A stretch of 47,817 bases of DNA from Octopus sinensis (taxonomy: Eukaryota): positions 1-47,817 of the forward strand of contig NW_021834540.1 in assembly GCF_006345805.1 (NCBI RefSeq). Reading direction: 5' to 3'. The position numbers and the translations under genes were made by a program. Under the pieces are notes generated by a model, which was given only the letters and a program-made list of their open reading frames with translations, ran no database searches and had not been told where the DNA came from. Positions 23,312 through 36,431 of the stretch are shown here, one piece after another. Within the stretch, counting starts at the first letter, position 1, and each line of letters begins with the position of its first letter.

Positions 23312-23472
23312 CATATACATACACACATGCACACACACACAGATGCATATATATATATATAAGCTACATATATATATGTGTGTATGTAAATACAGACACA
23401 CACACATATATATACATATACAGATACATATAGCTACTTATATATACATATATAGATATATAAATATATATA

Positions 23473-23521
<49 letters not shown>

Positions 23522-23767
23522 ATGCGCAAATATGGTGGTTGCATACTCCTTATGCAGAGTTTGACTCCTTCCTGTATCTACACCTTCGAACCACCATGGC
23601 ATCTGATGTTGCTTTGTAAACCAGACAATATTTTGAAAAGACATCCACATTAGATTGCATATCTGATTTGGACCATCAAGAGCTGCAGATAAGTTCTGAT
23701 CTTTATGGATCTTAAAATATATATATGTATGTATGTATATGATGGCGGTGCTGGAAAGTTATATCTA

Positions 23768-23993
23768 CATGAGGTGGTGGGGGGGTCTGAAAAGTTCCAG
23801 GCCTTGAGTAAGAGTAAATACAGGAGGATCAGTTAATTCTGAATTTATTCACCATATTCCCTTCTCAGATTCACACACTTATTGCAACAGTCTTTCAGTT
23901 TTTCTAAGCTCTGTAAAAGAACACGAAATTTTGGGCCACCAACCAGGCTTTTTATGACACCCTTAAAACCAGGCACTTTTCAGGACCATCTTA
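23768..23993. mobile_element. Degenerate mariner-like MITE
   Basis: Left GAGG..GGGGTCTGAAAAGTT and right CACTTTTCAGGACCATCTTA resemble mariner TIRs in a TA context. A further TIR-like copy lies at 23738-23760. Confidence 0.4.
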
Positions 23994-24016
23994 TATATAT
24001 ATATATATCTTATATA

Positions 24017-24412
24017 TCTTTATCAGTGATTAGGTAGTGGCCATGCTAGGGTGCGACCTTGAGGGATTTTAATTAAACTAATCAACAACAGTAATTATTT
24101 TCTTTTTATTCTATCAGTCTCCATTGCCAAACGACTAAGTTATGGGACATAAACATACCAACACCAGTTGTCAAACATTGGTGGGGGACAAACACAAGCA
24201 CAAAGATACACCCACACACACACTCATACATACACACACACACACACACACACACATGTACAACAGGATTCTTTCAGTTTCTGTCGACCAAATCCTCTCA
24301 GCAAGCTTTGGCTAGCCCAAGGCTGTAGTAGAAGACATTTACCCAAGCTGTTACACAGTGGGACTGAACCTAGAACCATGTGGCTGGGAAGCAAACCTAC
24401 CACACAGTCAAG
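24017..24412 (-). mobile_element. Family A SINE, full length (diverged)
   Basis: Both halves and the internal CA microsatellite are present in reverse. Confidence 0.8.
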
Positions 24413-24457
24413 CCAGCAACCTTTATATATATATATATTATATATATATATATATGC

Positions 24458-24505
<48 letters not shown>

Positions 24506-24837
24506 ATATATATGAATTCACACATACATACATACACACAAATGCATGCATACACCCCTGTACACTCACACATGCATATATATGTATGTATATTTGCATG
24601 CACACAAATTTAAGCACAGAGTGATGCATATACTTACATTTTATATACACCTACCAGTTGAGTCACAAAGAGTGTTCTTACACACACCAGATACTTAGTA
24701 TATACAAACAAATATTTTTCGTATATACACCATACATATATATATATATATATATATCATACATCATACATATGTACATTATATGTATGTGTGTATACAC
24801 ATCGTACATACATGTATACATCACACATATAATAATA

Positions 24838-25372
24838 GCTGGCCTCCTTGCCAATGGCACGTTAAAAACACCATTTGTGTGTGATCATTACCTGTATCAC
24901 CTTATAGGCACTTATGCTGGTGGCATGTGAACAAAACATTCAAGCAAGGTCGTTGCCAGTACCGCTGGACTCGCTCCTGTGCAGGTGGCACATAAAAAGC
25001 ACTATTTGAGTGTGGTCATTGCCAGTACCACTTGACTGGTCCTGTGTCACCTTACTAGCACTTGTGCTGGTGGCACATGGAAAAACATTCGAGCGAGGTC
25101 GTTACCAGTGCTGCTGGACTGGCTCCTGTGCAGGTGGCACATAAAAAGCACCATTTGAGCATGGCCATTGCCAGTATCATCTGACTGACCCTCATGTCAG
25201 TGGCACGTAAAAACACCCACTACACAGTGGTTGGCATTAGGAAGGGCATCCAGCTGTAGAAACTCTGCCAGATCAGATTGGAGCCTGGTACAGCCATCTA
25301 GTTCGCCAGACGTCAGTCAAATCGTCCAACCCATGCTAGCATGGAAAGCGGACGTTAAACGATGATGATGAT
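24838..25372 (+). mobile_element. Family C copy with long internal tandem array
   Basis: About six alternating GGTGGCAC(A/G)TAAAAAGCAC-type units, then TTAGGAAGGGCATCCAGC..GGACGTTAAACGATGATG. Confidence 0.85.
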
Positions 25373-26234
25373 GTTTGAAACATATATAAGCATATAGAAA
25401 TATTTAAGTACGCAGCTTGAAGTACAAAAACACATACATTCATATATTTGTATACATCATCACAAAGTTACCCATGCTTACAACATACACACAGTTTTAA
25501 TTTTTAAATACCCAACTAAGTGACTGTATACATACATAGATATATTAAACAAACACACAAATGTATACACACTTTTATATGTGTATAAGCACACAATTTT
25601 AGCAAAACATATAACCATATGACAAACCCATACACACACACACAGTCGCATACACACACAAGCATTTATACACTCATGCACACACTGAAAATTGCATTAT
25701 ATTCATAGGTCTGATTGCTTGTTTGTTTTTGTTGATTATTTTATTATTTTTGCTGTTTTTTTCCCCTCCCTTACAATTCTAAATTAAATTCTGTGTTAAA
25801 AATATGTTTTGTCTGGTAGAAAATAGTTTCGTATTAACAAAGAAACTGTAATGTTACCGCACTAACAACTACAACAACTAAAACAAGAACAACAACAACA
25901 ACAAAATAAATGAAACCGAAATCAGAGAATGCATAAATTTAAAGAAAATTATTAAAAAAAAAACTGAAAATAAAATATATAAAAAGATATTAAAATAGTT
26001 TTTAAAAAATTAAATGAAATGGAAGTAAAATGTTTAACATTAGAGATAGCAGTCAGTAATTTGCTTATTGTTTTGGAGAACAATGACTCTTCATCAATAA
26101 TTTCAAATAATTCTAGAAATAAGTGTCTGAAATATTCTTATAAAGATGTTTTAATATCTTTATCCTCGTTTAATTATTCAGTTGAAAGAAAGACGTTCAG
26201 AGTAACATATGCACAAACATACACACATGGACAT

Positions 26235-26277
<43 letters not shown>

Positions 26278-26747
26278 GACTCACTCATACTGCAGTGAGA
26301 TCGCAAGCTGGTGGAGTGGATAAGGTATTGGACAAGCAGTACAAATATCGTAATTTCAAATATGTCCAAATTTTTGAGGGGGTCCCGTACTTTTTGTTAA
26401 TTCCTTGTTTTATATTTTTATTTTATTTTAATTGTTATCTTTCTGGTCATTAACTTCATTTGCTTTGTTAATGTGTTTTGTTTTTGTTTGTTTTTTAATG
26501 CTAGGATGGGTTGGATGGGTATGTATTTGAAGTAGTAATTTACAGCCAGATGCTCTTCCTGTCACTAACTCTCACCTGTTTTTTCAAGTAAGGGGATTTT
26601 TATTCTACAGGTCTTTGAAAGTTCAAAGCAACTGGACAAAATGGCAACCAGAAATGTAAACATATCACTACTGAGCAATGCCATGGTGTGTTAGTAAGCA
26701 TTTACATTTGCACACATACATATATACGTGCACACACACACACACAA

Positions 26748-26796
<49 letters not shown>

Positions 26797-27356
26797 AGGA
26801 AAGGGAGAGAGATGGAGAGACAGATAGATGGATAGATATGTGTCTACATGTGTGTGCCTACCAAATTACCAAAATCACTCCCATAGCATTGGTCAGTTTT
26901 TAATTATAGAAGAAAACACTTACCCCAACTGCTGACAAGAAAAAAGGAAAGAAAATAATAGAACAAAATAGGACAAATAAAACAGAGAGAAAAAAGAGAA
27001 AGAAAATTAAAAAAATATTGAGAAGAAGGGAGAGAGAGTGATAAAAATAGAGAAGGAAAGAGATCTGGTTCACATGGTGACTGAAATACTGATCAGTATA
27101 AACAGATAAGCAGACAACTGTGACGATGTTGGCATGTTTATACTACATACTACCACAATATTCTATGTCAACTTGTATGACAAAAAATTTGGTAAGATGG
27201 CACATTGGCTCTGTCAAGAAGAGTTAGTTATTTCCTCTTATTTCATGTGGAACACTGGGTAGCAACAAAATACCTCCATCCTCTGTGGTCTTCTGCAAAA
27301 GATTAAGTATCTTCCCAGCTCACCATCCTGATCCTTCAGAACTGTCCTTTTCCATG

Positions 27357-27968
27357 TTATTAATCTGTAGTGAGAGATTAAGCCTCTGCATTCTGATGGG
27401 CTCAAAGTGTGCCTGATGGGCTCAAACACTGCCTGATGGGCTCAAACACTGCCTGATGGGCTCAAAGAGTGGCTGATGGGCTCAAAAAGTGGCTGATGGG
27501 CTCAAACACTGCCTGATTGGCTCAAACACTGCATGATGGGCTCAAACACTACCTGATGGGCTCAAACACTGCCTGATGGGCTCAAAGAGTGGCTGATGGG
27601 CTCAAACACTGCCTGATTGGCTCAAAGACTGCCTGATGGGCTCAAACACTGCCTGATTGGCTCAAACACTGCCTGATGGGCTCAAAGAGTGCCTGATGGG
27701 CTCAAACACTGCCTGATTGTCTCAAACACTGCCTGATGGGCTCAAACACTGCCTGATGGGCTCAAACACTGCCTGATGGGCTCAAACACTGCCTGATGGG
27801 CTCAAACACTGCCTGATGGGCTCAAACACTGCCTGATGGGCTCAAACACTGCCTGTGCCTGAGGTGGCTGTTCAGACCAAGGACAGTATAGAAGATCTAG
27901 GGTTGGGCAAGGAAATGTGAGCCACACTTTGCATCTTCAACATCTGATCTCTGCCTTTTGACATCTGA
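27357..27968 (-). mobile_element. VNTR-bearing insertion element, copy 1
   Basis: Shares the TTATTAATCTGTAGTGAG left end and about 110 bp of right-hand sequence with 29114-29462. Orientation inferred from a TAATAA tail remnant. Confidence 0.65.
27391..27850. repeat. 20-bp minisatellite, 23 units
   Basis: Consensus GCCTGATGGGCTCAAACACT with an AAAGAGT variant. No indels; the last six units (27731-27850) are identical. Confidence 0.95.
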
Positions 27969-28037
27969 AACGCCTGTTTCCATTATTAAACATGGAAACA
28001 GGTGTCCATGTTTCTACTTTCCTCCTTCTGGCTTCCA

Positions 28038-28075
<38 letters not shown>

Positions 28076-28454
28076 GTGTGTATCTTTTTAATGGCATTCT
28101 AAAGACATCTCCAAGAAACTTCAGCTGATGATCTTTCACTAGGATGCTAAGTGGTTTCTGCTTGGTTCTCCCATAGACTTCTTCACTGGTTTTCCTGTTG
28201 AGAATTTTTTGGAGGTACCTCTAGTGAAATACATCTAACTGGAGAACGAGTCCTACTGTCATCTTCCCTATTTCACTGGTATAGATCATCAATATAATTG
28301 ACAGGGAAGTGTATCGACTATATTTACAGTTTAGAACCAGTGACAAAACCATAGAAACTTCAACTTTTCATGAATTAACCGCTATCATGGCAAAGGGCTG
28401 AGATGTCTAACACCTTGCTGTTCTCAAGAAAACTTGTATTCTGCAGCAGAAGTT

Positions 28455-28835
28455 TTAAGACCAATGCCTCTGTTGGTAGTACCATGTAAAAGTATATGTG
28501 TGGTGCCATGTAAAAGCACCTGTGCAGTGCTACTTAAAAGTGCCCATGCAGTGCCACGTAAAGGCACCTGTGTGACACTACATAAATGCATCTGTACAGT
28601 GCCATGCAAAAGTGCCTGTGCAGTGGCACATAGAAGCACGCAGCACACTCTGTAAAGGGGTTGATGTTAGGAAAGGCACCCAGTCATAGGAACTATGCCA
28701 AATCAGACTGGAGTCTGGTACAGCTCTCCACCTTGCGGGCTCTGGTCAAACCATTTAACCCATGCCAGCATGGACAACAGACGTTAAATGATATTGATGA
28801 TGATGGTGATGGTGATGATGATGATGATGATGATG
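28455..28835 (+). mobile_element. Family C copy (diverged)
   Basis: Degenerate GTGCCA(C/T)GTAAAAG units, TTAGGAAAGGCACCCAG, GACGTTAAATGAT and a (GAT)n tail. Confidence 0.7.
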
Positions 28836-28839
28836 ATTT

Positions 28840-29065
28840 AAAGGCAGCACACAGGCAGAACTGTAAGCATGCTGAACAAAATCCTTACCAACATTTCTTC
28901 CAGCTCTTTATGGTTCTGACTTCAAATTTCCACTGGGGCTGGCTTTGTCTTTCATCTTACCAGGGTCGATTAAATAATTACCAGTTGAGCACTAAGATCA
29001 ATAATATTGACTCGACCCACAACCCCCAAAGTTTCATGCCTTGCACCTTTTATGGGGGGTGGGGG
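28840..29065 (+). mobile_element. Family B SINE (diverged)
   Basis: TTCAAATTTCCACTGGGG..TTTCATC..GGGTCGATTAAATAATTACCAG. Confidence 0.65.
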
Positions 29066-29113
29066 ATGTAAATTCGACAGCGGTGGTAGCACTGGCATTA
29101 ACTTGTATCTGAA

Positions 29114-29500
29114 TTATTAATCTGTAGTGAGAACTTGAGCCTGTGCATCCTGATGGGGTCAAAGCGTGCCTGACAGGCTCAAACAGTGCCTGATGGGCTC
29201 AAAGAGTGCCTGTTTGACTCAAAGAGTGCCTGATGGGCTCAAACAGTGCCTGATGGGGTCAAAGAGTGCCTGATGGGCTCAAAGAGTGCCTGATTGGCTC
29301 AAAGAGTGCTTGATGGGGGTCAAAGAGTGCTGGATCGGCTCAAAGAGTGCTTGTGACTGAGGTTGCTGTTCAGGCCAAGGGCAGTATAGAAGATCTAGGG
29401 TGGGGCGAGGAAATGTGATCCACACTTTGCATCTTCAACATCTGATCTCTGCCTTTTGACATGTTATTTTCCATCTGATCTATCCTCTTGATGATGACAT
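29114..29500 (-). mobile_element. VNTR-bearing element, copy 2 (10 units, 29148-29348)
   Basis: Same flanking sequence as copy 1. Units are mostly the AAAGAGT type and one is 21 bp. May extend further toward 29660. Confidence 0.65.
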
Positions 29501-30549
29501 GTTACCACTATGGACACTCCTTGGCGATTGTCTCCAAGATATATCAGTCAATGGAGCGAAAGAGGACAGAGGACTTTGAGCCAGTCTCAGAAATGGAACT
29601 TGGGGGCACCACATGATATAGTGCCTCAGGCTAACTCCACAAAGAGGAGTTGATAGGAGAAGCACTGAGCCCCCCCCCCAAAAAAAAAAATAATAAATGT
29701 ATATGATATTAAACACTATTAGCAGAAATATGAAATAAGAATAAAAACAGAAAAACTGACAAGATTCAAATGATTGATTCAAATCGATTCAAAATGATTG
29801 ATTTATGACAAATCAATCACTGGTCAATAGGTGAATAGATACATGGTTTGTGTTTCCTCAGAAGATCTGTTGCTCTCTTTTACTGTTTGAAAATGGTGTT
29901 TATGATATCTGTTATCACAGCGCTTTCTGTCTGGAGTCAATCTCACGATTAATATGACTAAGTTTGATACTTATTTTGAGAATACATTGTATAGTTATTT
30001 TAATTTATGTCTTTTCTGTAGCTATAGCAACAATTTGGACCAAAAAGTAGTTTCACATATTTTGTCATTTATTCAATAGATATAGAATTACAATGGTGTT
30101 TCTTGCTGTGTTCAACAAAGCCCTCATCATTTTCAGAATTCTGTTTTTCTTCTGTGATGTTATTTTTAAAATATTCAGCTTTTACTATGCTATCAATTCA
30201 AAACAAATGTTTTAATTTTGTATTTTTCTTTTACGATCTAACACAGCTGAAAATCTTGATTCAAGCTAGATTATGGCATATTACAAGCAATTTAATACCA
30301 CTCATTCAAACAGATATTTCAACAATGAGGATTTGTATTAAAAATAACCATACAAAATAAACAGATAAAATTGGAAACATAGAAGAAGGATATATAAATA
30401 ATAGTAAAAACAAAAACAAACAAAAAAATCCCATTCTAATTATTTTGGATTAAGAAAGAAAAATAAATTGTTTACAAATATAATGGAAATAAAATGAAAA
30501 ATGATTATACTATAAACTGTGGTGAAACACAATCAATCTAAATTGTAGG

Positions 30550-31565
<1,016 letters not shown>

Positions 31566-32022
31566 CATACCAAGAAATAAAAAACTGGCCCTGGCATGTT
31601 TCATTACTGCTCGAAATCTCCCTCAAAAGCAAACAAACAACCAACCTTCCCTCTTAGACCAGCAAATAAAGAAAAGAAAATCATAAACACTACAATCTAA
31701 ATCAGTCACAAAAATAAATACTCATCTGGGAAGGCGAGACGAATTTGCATATCTTGCAGTATTTAAAAATCTTATTAAATACTCGATGAACATCCCTTTT
31801 CACACTCAGCTGGTATTAAAAAACAATGAAGCTAAATTTAAAGCTTTAAGACTACAGTTTCTAATGCCTACAATGCATCTTGCTATTTTGCTATTTATTT
31901 TGCATAAAGGAAACTAAGATTCTCCATTTTATATATGTGTATGTATGAATATATGTATATATATATATTCTTCTTTTTTTTTCTTTTATACATTTTAGTC
32001 ATGTGGCTGTGATCATGTATAT

Positions 32023-32054
<32 letters not shown>

Positions 32055-32709
32055 CATTATATAATGTATATTATATATTTATATAGATGATATATCTATG
32101 CATACATGCACATGCATACACACATACACACATTTATGCACTCACATATATGAAAACATATACAGACATATGGATTATATATGTACAGATATATATATAT
32201 ATATATATATATGATATATATATGTATGTATGTATGTGTGTATATATATATATATAATATATATATATATATATTCTTTTTATTCTTTTATTCATTTTAG
32301 CCATGTGTCTGTAATCATACATACACACACACATATATATGTAATTATATATATATTTATAGCTGATATATCTATACACACATGCACACACACACACACG
32401 CACACGTACACACATTTATACACTCACATATAATACAAATACACATATATGAAAGCATACAGACATATGAATTACATATGTACAGATGTATATATATATA
32501 TATGTATATACATGCACACACACATGCACACACACACATACACACATGCACAGAGTGGTATTCACTACCACAATTGCATTCATACATACATTTTGTATCT
32601 GTTCAGAAACATGTAAATATTCCTACATTCACAAATTGCACAATCCAAAGAAATGCACACTGTTGCACATATTATACCTATGCATATATATATGTATATA
32701 TGTATTGTA

Positions 32710-32758
<49 letters not shown>

Positions 32759-33230
32759 TATATGTTTGTAAACAGCATGCAGAGTTGAAAAGTGACTGAC
32801 TCCACCAAAAGATCACCTTATATCAATATAGAACACTTTTGAATGTATTCACTTTAAAAGAATCTAATCTGTTCTGTTTAGTTTTAATTCTCAAAAATAA
32901 ATTTTATCTCAGAAATTTATCTTGAATAACAAAGGAAACAATGAGAGTATAAAAGAATGAGAGAAAGGAAGGAATCCAGAAAGTAAACAAGGAAGGAAGA
33001 AAGGAGGGGATAAATTTGTTAGGCCGTGGTGTAGTGGAGAATGATATGTATAAGAGGTAAAATAAAGCAGTACATTAAATTGAGCAAAATTATGTGGAAA
33101 TTGCTAAGAAAAATATTTCAACAGAAAAATAAAACACCATCCAGTTATCAAGAACAATGAGTCAGTAGCTCCTATTCCTATTGTTACTACACCTAATATT
33201 AATGATTATTATTATTATTATTATTATTAT

Positions 33231-33594
33231 TTCCTCTCTTTTGGTGAAGATGGAGGTATTGTTTTCAGTTGTGTTTGTTTGTTTGTCCGTGGACAAGATA
33301 TCTCAAGAATCGTTGGATGGATTCGGATGAAACTTGCAGGGATATTTGGCCACGTGACTGGCACAAACTGTTTAGATTTTGGGATCGATCCAATACCAGA
33401 CAAGGATTCTGGATTATTTTTCTAGTTTTTTTACTTAATTTTTGAGAGTGGTTGGGTCCATTTTTAGTATTTTCATTTGTGAGAACAGTCGAGCTTATTT
33501 CAGATATTCTCATTTTAAAATCATCTCCAGTTAATCGTTGGGAGGACGTTGGTGTTGCCTTGGCAGAGGTTTGCACTCACTGAGTGTTCTTGTT
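33231..33594 (+). mobile_element. Helentron-associated (DINE-1/HINE-like) non-autonomous element
   Basis: Near-5' (TTTG)n tract, 3' CCTTGGCAGAGG sub-terminal repeat, GCACTC-ACT-GAGTGT hairpin and a TT end. The 5' sub-TIR is degenerate. Confidence 0.5.
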
Positions 33595-33726
33595 ACTATT
33601 ACTATTGCTTTCCTTGGGCCATCTATGTCACATATTAGTTCCTGATGACAGCACAGAGGTGCAATACTTTCTTCAATACATGTGCCATTCTATATATTAC
33701 TGCCAAATGCATACTTACTATTCGGA

Positions 33727-34005
33727 GATATCATCATCATCATCATCATCATTTAACGTCTGTTTTTCATGCTAGCATGGGTTGGACAGTTTGACCGGGG
33801 TCTGGGAAGCCAGGAGGCTGCACTAGGCTCCAGTCTGATCTGGCAGTGTTTCTACAGCTGGATGCCCTTCCTAAGTCCAACCACTCCATGAGTGTAGTGG
33901 GTGTTTTTTATATGCCACCGGCACAGGGGCCAGAGGAGGCTGGCAAACAGCCACAATCGGTTAGTGCTTTTATGTGTCACCGACATGGATACCAGTCAGG
34001 CAGCG
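33727..34005 (-). mobile_element. Family C copy
   Basis: (CAT)n plus TTTAACGTC..CATGCTAGCATGGGTTGGAC..GGATGCCCTTCC. Confidence 0.85.
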
Positions 34006-34009
34006 CTGG

Positions 34010-34846
34010 TGTGCAGATAATATCAAAACCCCAGTACTTGACTGGTACTTTATTTTATCGACCTGGTGGGATGAAAGCTCATCATGACAGTTTATGAACC
34101 CAGAACATAAGGAACTGGAACAGTAGCTTGCAGCATTTTTTCTGACACTCCAGCAATTCAGTGGATACACCACATTAGGTATTATTATTGTTATGCATAA
34201 AACAGCAAGCTGGCAGAATCATTAGCATTTGCTGGGCAAAATGCTTTGTGGCATTTTGTTCATCTTAAGGTTCTGAGTTCAAATTCTGCTGAGGTCAACT
34301 TTGCCTTTCATCCTTTCAGGGTTGGTAAAATATGTACCACCTGAGTACTAGGGTCGATGTAATCGACTATACATGCCCTCCCCAAAAATTTCAGCTTTGT
34401 GCCTGTAGTAGAGAAAGGATTACTATTGTTATGCATGAGGCAACGAGCTGGCAGAATAGTCAGCATGCTGAGTAAACTGCTCAGTAACAGTTCATCCATC
34501 TTGGCATTCTGAGTTCAAATCCCACCAAGGTTGACTTTGCTTTTCATCCATGTGGGGGGTAATCCAGCATGCAAACGATTCTGCCAGCTTGCCTCCTGAT
34601 CAATAATGATAACAATAATAATAATAATGATCCTTTCTATTATAGGCACAAGGCCTGAAATTTGTGGGGAGGGGTTAAGTCGATTACATCGACCCCCAGT
34701 ACTCAACTGGTACTTAATTTGTCACCCTTGAAAGGATGAAAGGCAAAGCCGGCCTCGGCAGAATTTGAACTCAGAACATGGTGACGGGCAGAATACTGTG
34801 GAGCATTTCATCCAGCATGCTAACAACTCTGCCAGCATGTCACTTG
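34010..34846. mobile_element. Family B cluster with mixed orientation (- 34010-34165; + 34200-34422; + 34436-34545; - 34564-34596; - 34630-34846)
   Basis: Diagnostic head and core motifs on both strands. Confidence 0.75.
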
Positions 34847-34849
34847 ATC

Positions 34850-34879
34850 AATAATAATAATAACAATAATAATAATAAC

Positions 34880-34950
<71 letters not shown>

Positions 34951-35000
34951 TGATGATAATAATAATAATAATGCAAAAAGATAAATAATAATAATAATAG
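34850..35000. repeat. (AAT)n microsatellite
   Basis: Direct inspection; tail-like context. Confidence 0.9.
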
Positions 35001-35441
35001 AAAAAGAAAAATTTTAATAATTTAAATTAGTATTTTGTGTTTTATATTGCATATGAATTTAAAACAACATATGTTACACATCAAAATAACAACTCATTTA
35101 GAAAATTTACATTTAAACTTCAATGCAGTTCGTGTAAATCTTACTCAACATAGAAATGCCGTAAAACAATCTTGCTGATGTTGTGAACGTCCATCCTTTA
35201 AAATTGATGTCATCTGGCTTACGTGTTAAATATTTATCTTCTTCCCCTTATCGTTCTGTTGCCCAGGTTATCTTACTGTGTTTATCTCAAGCAATCTCTT
35301 TTTTAATCTTTTCAACTACTAGCTTACATTATAAATTTTTTTTGCATTTTGTATACAAACATATATACACATGTATATACACATTTCATACTCACAAACA
35401 CACACCACACACATATAAATATATATACATACTTATAAAAG

Positions 35442-35650
35442 CAGTGAGCTGCCAGATTCGTTAGCATGCCGAGCAAAATGCTTAGTGATCTCTCATCTGT
35501 CTTCACTTCATGAGATCAAATTCTGCCAAGGTTGACTTTGCCTTCCATCCTTTCAGGGTCGATAAAATAAGTACCAGTGAAATACTGGGGTTAATGTAAT
35601 CGACTAGCCCACTCCTCCAAATTTCAGGCCTTGTGTCTATAGTAGAAGGC
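35442..35650 (+). mobile_element. Family B SINE
   Basis: GTGAGCTGCCAGATTCGTTAGCATGCC..TTTGCCTTCCATCCTTTCAGGGTCGATAAAATAAGTACCAG. Confidence 0.85.
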
Positions 35651-35654
35651 ATAT

Positions 35655-35946
35655 TTTTCTTCTTCTTCTTCTTCTTCTCTTCTTTTCTTCTTTTCTTACT
35701 TCTTCTTCTTTTCTCTTCTTCTTCTTCTTCTTCTCTTCTTCTTCTTCTTCTTCTTCTTCTTATCTTCTTCTTCTTCTTCTCTTATTCTTTCTTCTCTTCT
35801 TCTTCTTCTCTTCTTCTTCTTCTTCTTCTTCTTTTCCTCTCTTCCCTCTTTTCTTCTCTTCTTTTCTTCTTCTTCATCATCCTCCTCCTCTCCTCTTCTT
35901 CTTCTTCTTCTTCCCTTTTCCTCTTCCACTTCCTCTTCTTCTTTGT

Positions 35947-36018
<72 letters not shown>

Positions 36019-36020
36019 TT
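35655..36020. repeat. (TTC)n polypyrimidine tract followed by (TTA)n
   Basis: Direct inspection; extends from the tail of the adjacent B SINE. Confidence 0.9.
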
Positions 36021-36398
36021 GTTGAGCCTTTCACGCATGCTCAGTTTCTTTATTTATTGTATGTGCAGTCACACTTTTTTACTCACCCACTCTCTCTTTT
36101 TTCTTTCTCTCTCACTCTTCCACTCTCTCTCTCTCTCTCTCATTCTCTCCCTCTTCCTTTTCTCTCAGCTGCAAGCAACTATTTACACTATCAAAATCAT
36201 ATTTTCATCCATTTCATTTGCTTTTATTGCTGTTTTGCTTAGGTATTTCTAACAAGCATACTACGTATGTACAATTAGGTACATACACACACAAACACAT
36301 TTATAGTGTTTGTGTTTGCTGAGAATTGAACCCAGGCTAGCTGCATGACAGGTGATCATGCTACAACATTCATATATGAACACAAATATAATACACAT

Positions 36399-36431
<33 letters not shown>

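Larger units (their letters stand above)
27229..28410 (-). pseudogene. RTE-like LINE ORF2 C-terminal remnant, interrupted by a VNTR element
   Basis: A single minus-strand frame from 28322 reads YSRYTSLSIILMIYTSEIGKMTVGLVLQLDVFH*RYLQKILNRKTSEEVYGRTKQKPLSILVKDHQLKFLGDVFRMPLKRYTQ(LS)nLNWKPEGGK*KHGH. It resumes below about 27360 as ITWKRTVLKD and, after a 1-nt shift, VSWEDT*SFAEDHRGWRYFVATQCST* (TGA 27243-27245). The upstream limit near 28410 is uncertain. Confidence 0.75.

Noticed and set aside
22760-23385. About 30-bp duplicate TAAGCTACATATATATATGTGTGTA at 22771 and 23360
   Set aside because: Mostly low-complexity and too short to distinguish templated copying from convergence.
27391-27850. 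CRISPR-like appearance of the regular 20-bp array
   Set aside because: Units are contiguous with no unique spacers, there are no cas genes, and the context is eukaryotic. It is a minisatellite.
27391-27850. Coding tandem repeat
   Set aside because: A unit length of 20 cycles through all frames, and each strand contains a TGA per unit, so every frame stops about every 60 nt.
27872-27964. 30-codon minus-strand ORF MSKGRDQMLK..., also at 29370-29462
   Set aside because: All five differences between the two copies are non-synonymous in this frame, so there is no sign of purifying selection.
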